64,000 nucleotides of DNA from Azolla caroliniana (taxonomy: Eukaryota > Plantae > Polypodiophyta), in NCBI GenBank assembly GCA_043228905.1, contig JBHGNT010000016.1:2294001-2358000 (forward strand), written 5' to 3'. Position numbers and translations under genes: made by a program. The notes beneath the pieces are model-generated. The model saw only the letters and a list, made by a program, of their open reading frames with translations, was not told the origin of the DNA and searched no databases. Below, one piece after another: positions 61,525 through 64,000 of the stretch; position 1 is the first letter of the stretch, and each line of letters starts with the position of its first letter.

Positions 61525-64000
61525 TGTCGTGAAGAAAACCGTCCACAAGCAGAATCGATGCACAGGAGCGTAGGAATCGGCTCTTCTCGAATGTTGTCCA
61601 TAGAAGATCCTAGGCGGGTGGATTTAGTGGGTAGGAACTACTGGCGGCGCGGCGCGTATACGACAGCTCGAGCGAAGACCGGAGGACGTGGAGCAGGTTG
61701 CGGAAAGGCTTCGGGAAGCAAGGATGAGGAACAAAGCCCGGTTCGACTGAACGCACCGGCTCCGACCGAAGAAGATCGAGGAAGGTGACTGGGTGCTAGT
61801 CTACGACAGCAGCCTTGACAACCAGCACCGAGCGACACGGAAGTTCGCAAGAAGGTGGTTCGGGCCTTACGTGGTACAAAGCGCCAACGACAACGGGATG
61901 TACCATCTGGCGGAGCTCGATGGCACGAGAATGGCGATACCGGTAGCTGGGAAGCGGATCAAAGCATTCAAGAAGCGTCACGACGACGAGCCGGATCCAG
62001 TGGGCCTGGACCGCGACGACGAACAATCCGAAACCGAGGAAGAACCGACGGGCGGGGAATGAAGGCTGGACCGGTTTTCTCCGTCCCGACTCAATTTGGC
62101 GCATGCCGGTGGATGCGCGGTTAGGTGGGGGCGGATGTCGTGAAGAAAACCGTCCACAAGCAGAATCGGTGCACAGGAGCGTAGGAACCGGCTCTTCTCG
62201 AATGTTGTCCATAGAAGATCCTAGGCGGGTGGATTTAGTGGGTAGGAAGTAAAGGGGGAAACGGCTCCTTCCTTGCCTATAAAAAGGAGGGAGACGAGAA
62301 GGGGGGGGGGATCGCGGAGAGTCGAGGACGAAGTGCTGTCGGTTTGCGTGCGAAGGCTTCTCTCTCTCTCTCTGGTTCGCAAACTCCATAGCTCCCTTCT
62401 GTGCAGGTTTCGGGAGGCTCGCGCTGCTCTGAGGAATTCCCGAGTGCTTCCGGCAGCACCTCCAACCTGTTCCTGTCTTTCTGTGCGTTTACGAACAGGT
62501 ATCAGCATCTGTTCGCCGGCCTGTTCGGTTGTAACCGACTTCGTGTTTTGTTGTCTTCGTGTTCTTGTTGTTTGTCTTTGTTAATACATACATACATTCG
62601 TGTCTTTCTGTGTCGCTGTCCCACTTGCGTCTTTGCGTCGAAGGGCCGTGTCCCTGTGGATCTACGCTCGCACGTAGAGGCTTTCTTCCCCTTCCTCTCT
62701 CGCTCTTTGGTACAGGACCCCCGAGGTTCCGCCTCATTCCACGCATCCGCGAGGAATACCTCGACATCTTTGGTGAACCCGACGTGAAGGAGGCGGCAGA
62801 AGAGCAGAAGATGAGGGGGTCGGATCTTGCGGAGGCCATGGCTTCGGCCGTGTATCGGATATTGAGCACACGCGAGGGCACCGGCGCCCTCGACAGAGCC
62901 ATTGAGGCGGTTGTCGGTATGATCGGCCGTTTCAGCGGAAACGATGCTACGAAGTATTTGGCGTCCTACGAGGCGGAAATGCTGATGCGGGACATTCCGG
63001 AAGAGAGGCGTCTTGCCGGGTTACCTCGAGTGGCGATGCCGAGCATCCATGCGGAGGTGCTCGAGGTACGGGCGGAGAGCCGTACCTGGGAGGAGTTCGA
63101 AAGCCGACTCCTAGAGAAATATGGGCTGGACGATGCGCTCCGGCTTTCGAAACGGGACTTCATGGAATGGGTGGAGTCCCCCGGCAAAGGAAGAAACGCG
63201 TCGGCACTCCTTCGGGAGTTCGAAGAACGCTTTGCACGCCTTTCGGCGCTTGACCGAACTATCCTGGATACGAGCCGGGTCCTACTGTTCGTCAAGTCGG
63301 TGGACGAGCGGGATCAGGATCAAGTCGGCTCCTTGCTGGAAACCGAAGACGGGTTGACAACCGACTGGGCTGCGGTTAAGAGAGTCTGTGGCCGTTTGGA
63401 CAAATGGCGAGAATGGGCTGACAACGGGGCGGCCGGTGCGGGCTCTATTACAGCAAGGAGGCTTGAACCGGCGCCGCAAGTACGAAGGGAAGAAACCCGG
63501 GAATGGCTCGAAACCGGTCCGGCTTCGACCAGCATGGTCAATGGCTCGTCCGGAGGAGCAGCGCTGGAGGAGTTGACGCAGGCGATAAAGGATCTCCAGA
63601 TCGCTCAGACTCGAAGGGAAGGCGGCGAACCGGCTCGTGACCGACGGCCGGCAGTAGGGAACAGGTGCATGTGGTGCGACGAGGTCGGCCACATACGGAA
63701 GGACTGCGGCGATTTCGCAGAAGCGTTGAGGAGCCAGGTGGTGTACCTGTGGGAAGGCCGGGTGCACGCCGGCGACACCAGAAGGGCCTTAAACCGAAAC
63801 GATGGACGAGGAGGTATGAAGAGACTGATGGAAGAGGCAGCGGCCCGACACGTGGAGGCTATCCACTACTCGGCGTCGGCCGGCATTCGGGTCGGGGGCA
63901 GTGAGGCCCGAAAGGAGGGCAAAGACGGATTCTGGTCGGCAATGCTGGAAGGTCTTGCCAGCGCACGGCCAAGGAAAGATGAAACGGACCGTGCTGAGAG
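61525..64000 (+). mobile_element. Same-family Trp-primed gypsy (element D): partial LTR 61525-61637, integrase tail, PPT, full LTR 62136-62766, PBS, gag
   Basis: The first 113 bp duplicate 62136-62248; 61640-62135 is an inverted near-copy of ~50845-51330; PBS TGGTGAACCCGACGTGAA 62771-62788. Confidence 0.92.
62811..64000 (+). CDS. gag: Gag of element D (runs off the window)
   Basis: ATG 62811/62838, reads MASAVYRILSTREGTGALDRAIEAVVG..; colinear with the element C gag. Confidence 0.85.
   Translation, partial: MRGSDLAEAMASAVYRILSTREGTGALDRAIEAVVGMIGRFSGNDATKYLASYEAEMLMRDIPEERRLAGLPRVAMPSIHAEVLEVRAESRTWEEFESRLLEKYGLDDALRLSKRDFMEWVESPGKGRNASALLREFEERFARLSALDRTILDTSRVLLFVKSVDERDQDQVGSLLETEDGLTTDWAAVKRVCGRLDKWREWADNGAAGAGSITARRLEPAPQVRREETREWLETGPASTSMVNGSSGGAALEELTQAIKDLQIAQTRREGGEPARDRRPAVGNRCMWCDEVGHIRKDCGDFAEALRSQVVYLWEGRVHAGDTRRALNRNDGRGGMKRLMEEAAARHVEAIHYSASAGIRVGGSEARKEGKDGFWSAMLEGLASARPRKDETDRAE

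Overview
Land-plant nuclear DNA, most likely a fern (fern-type PLS-PPR fragments, Tcn1-like chromovirus, tRNA-Trp-primed gypsies). A gene island holds an intact 13-exon cellulose synthase gene (CesA, 21608-27992, ~1070 aa), a 3-exon EF-hand/ZZ-zinc-finger gene ending in a CaaX box (35370-36392) and a decayed paralog of it (~29010-29335). The left flank has a gag-only LTR element inserted in an L1-type LINE, several more LINE fragments, LTR remnants and a PPR pseudogene with a spliced actin cDNA inside it. Four non-autonomous hAT-like elements lie around the EF-hand gene. From 39.6 kb on is a four-deep retrotransposon nest: a copia LTR, then an Athila/Tat-like gypsy with a ~930-codon extra ORF, which carries an intact chromovirus and a Trp-primed gypsy; that gypsy in turn carries a Tnt1-like copia and a tandem copy of its own family. 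Strongest unusual signals: (1) tRNA-like A-box/B-box cassettes with identical 44-nt spacing in U3 of three unrelated LTR families; (2) Tf1-type self-priming plus a -1 frameshift signal in the intact chromovirus; (3) a Trp-primed gypsy with a GGAUUUU slippery site and pseudoknot between protease and RT, and apparent CpG-centred target choice; (4) the large non-Env extra ORF; (5) the actin cDNA patch inside a PPR motif. All coordinates and alignments were read by eye; no searches were run.
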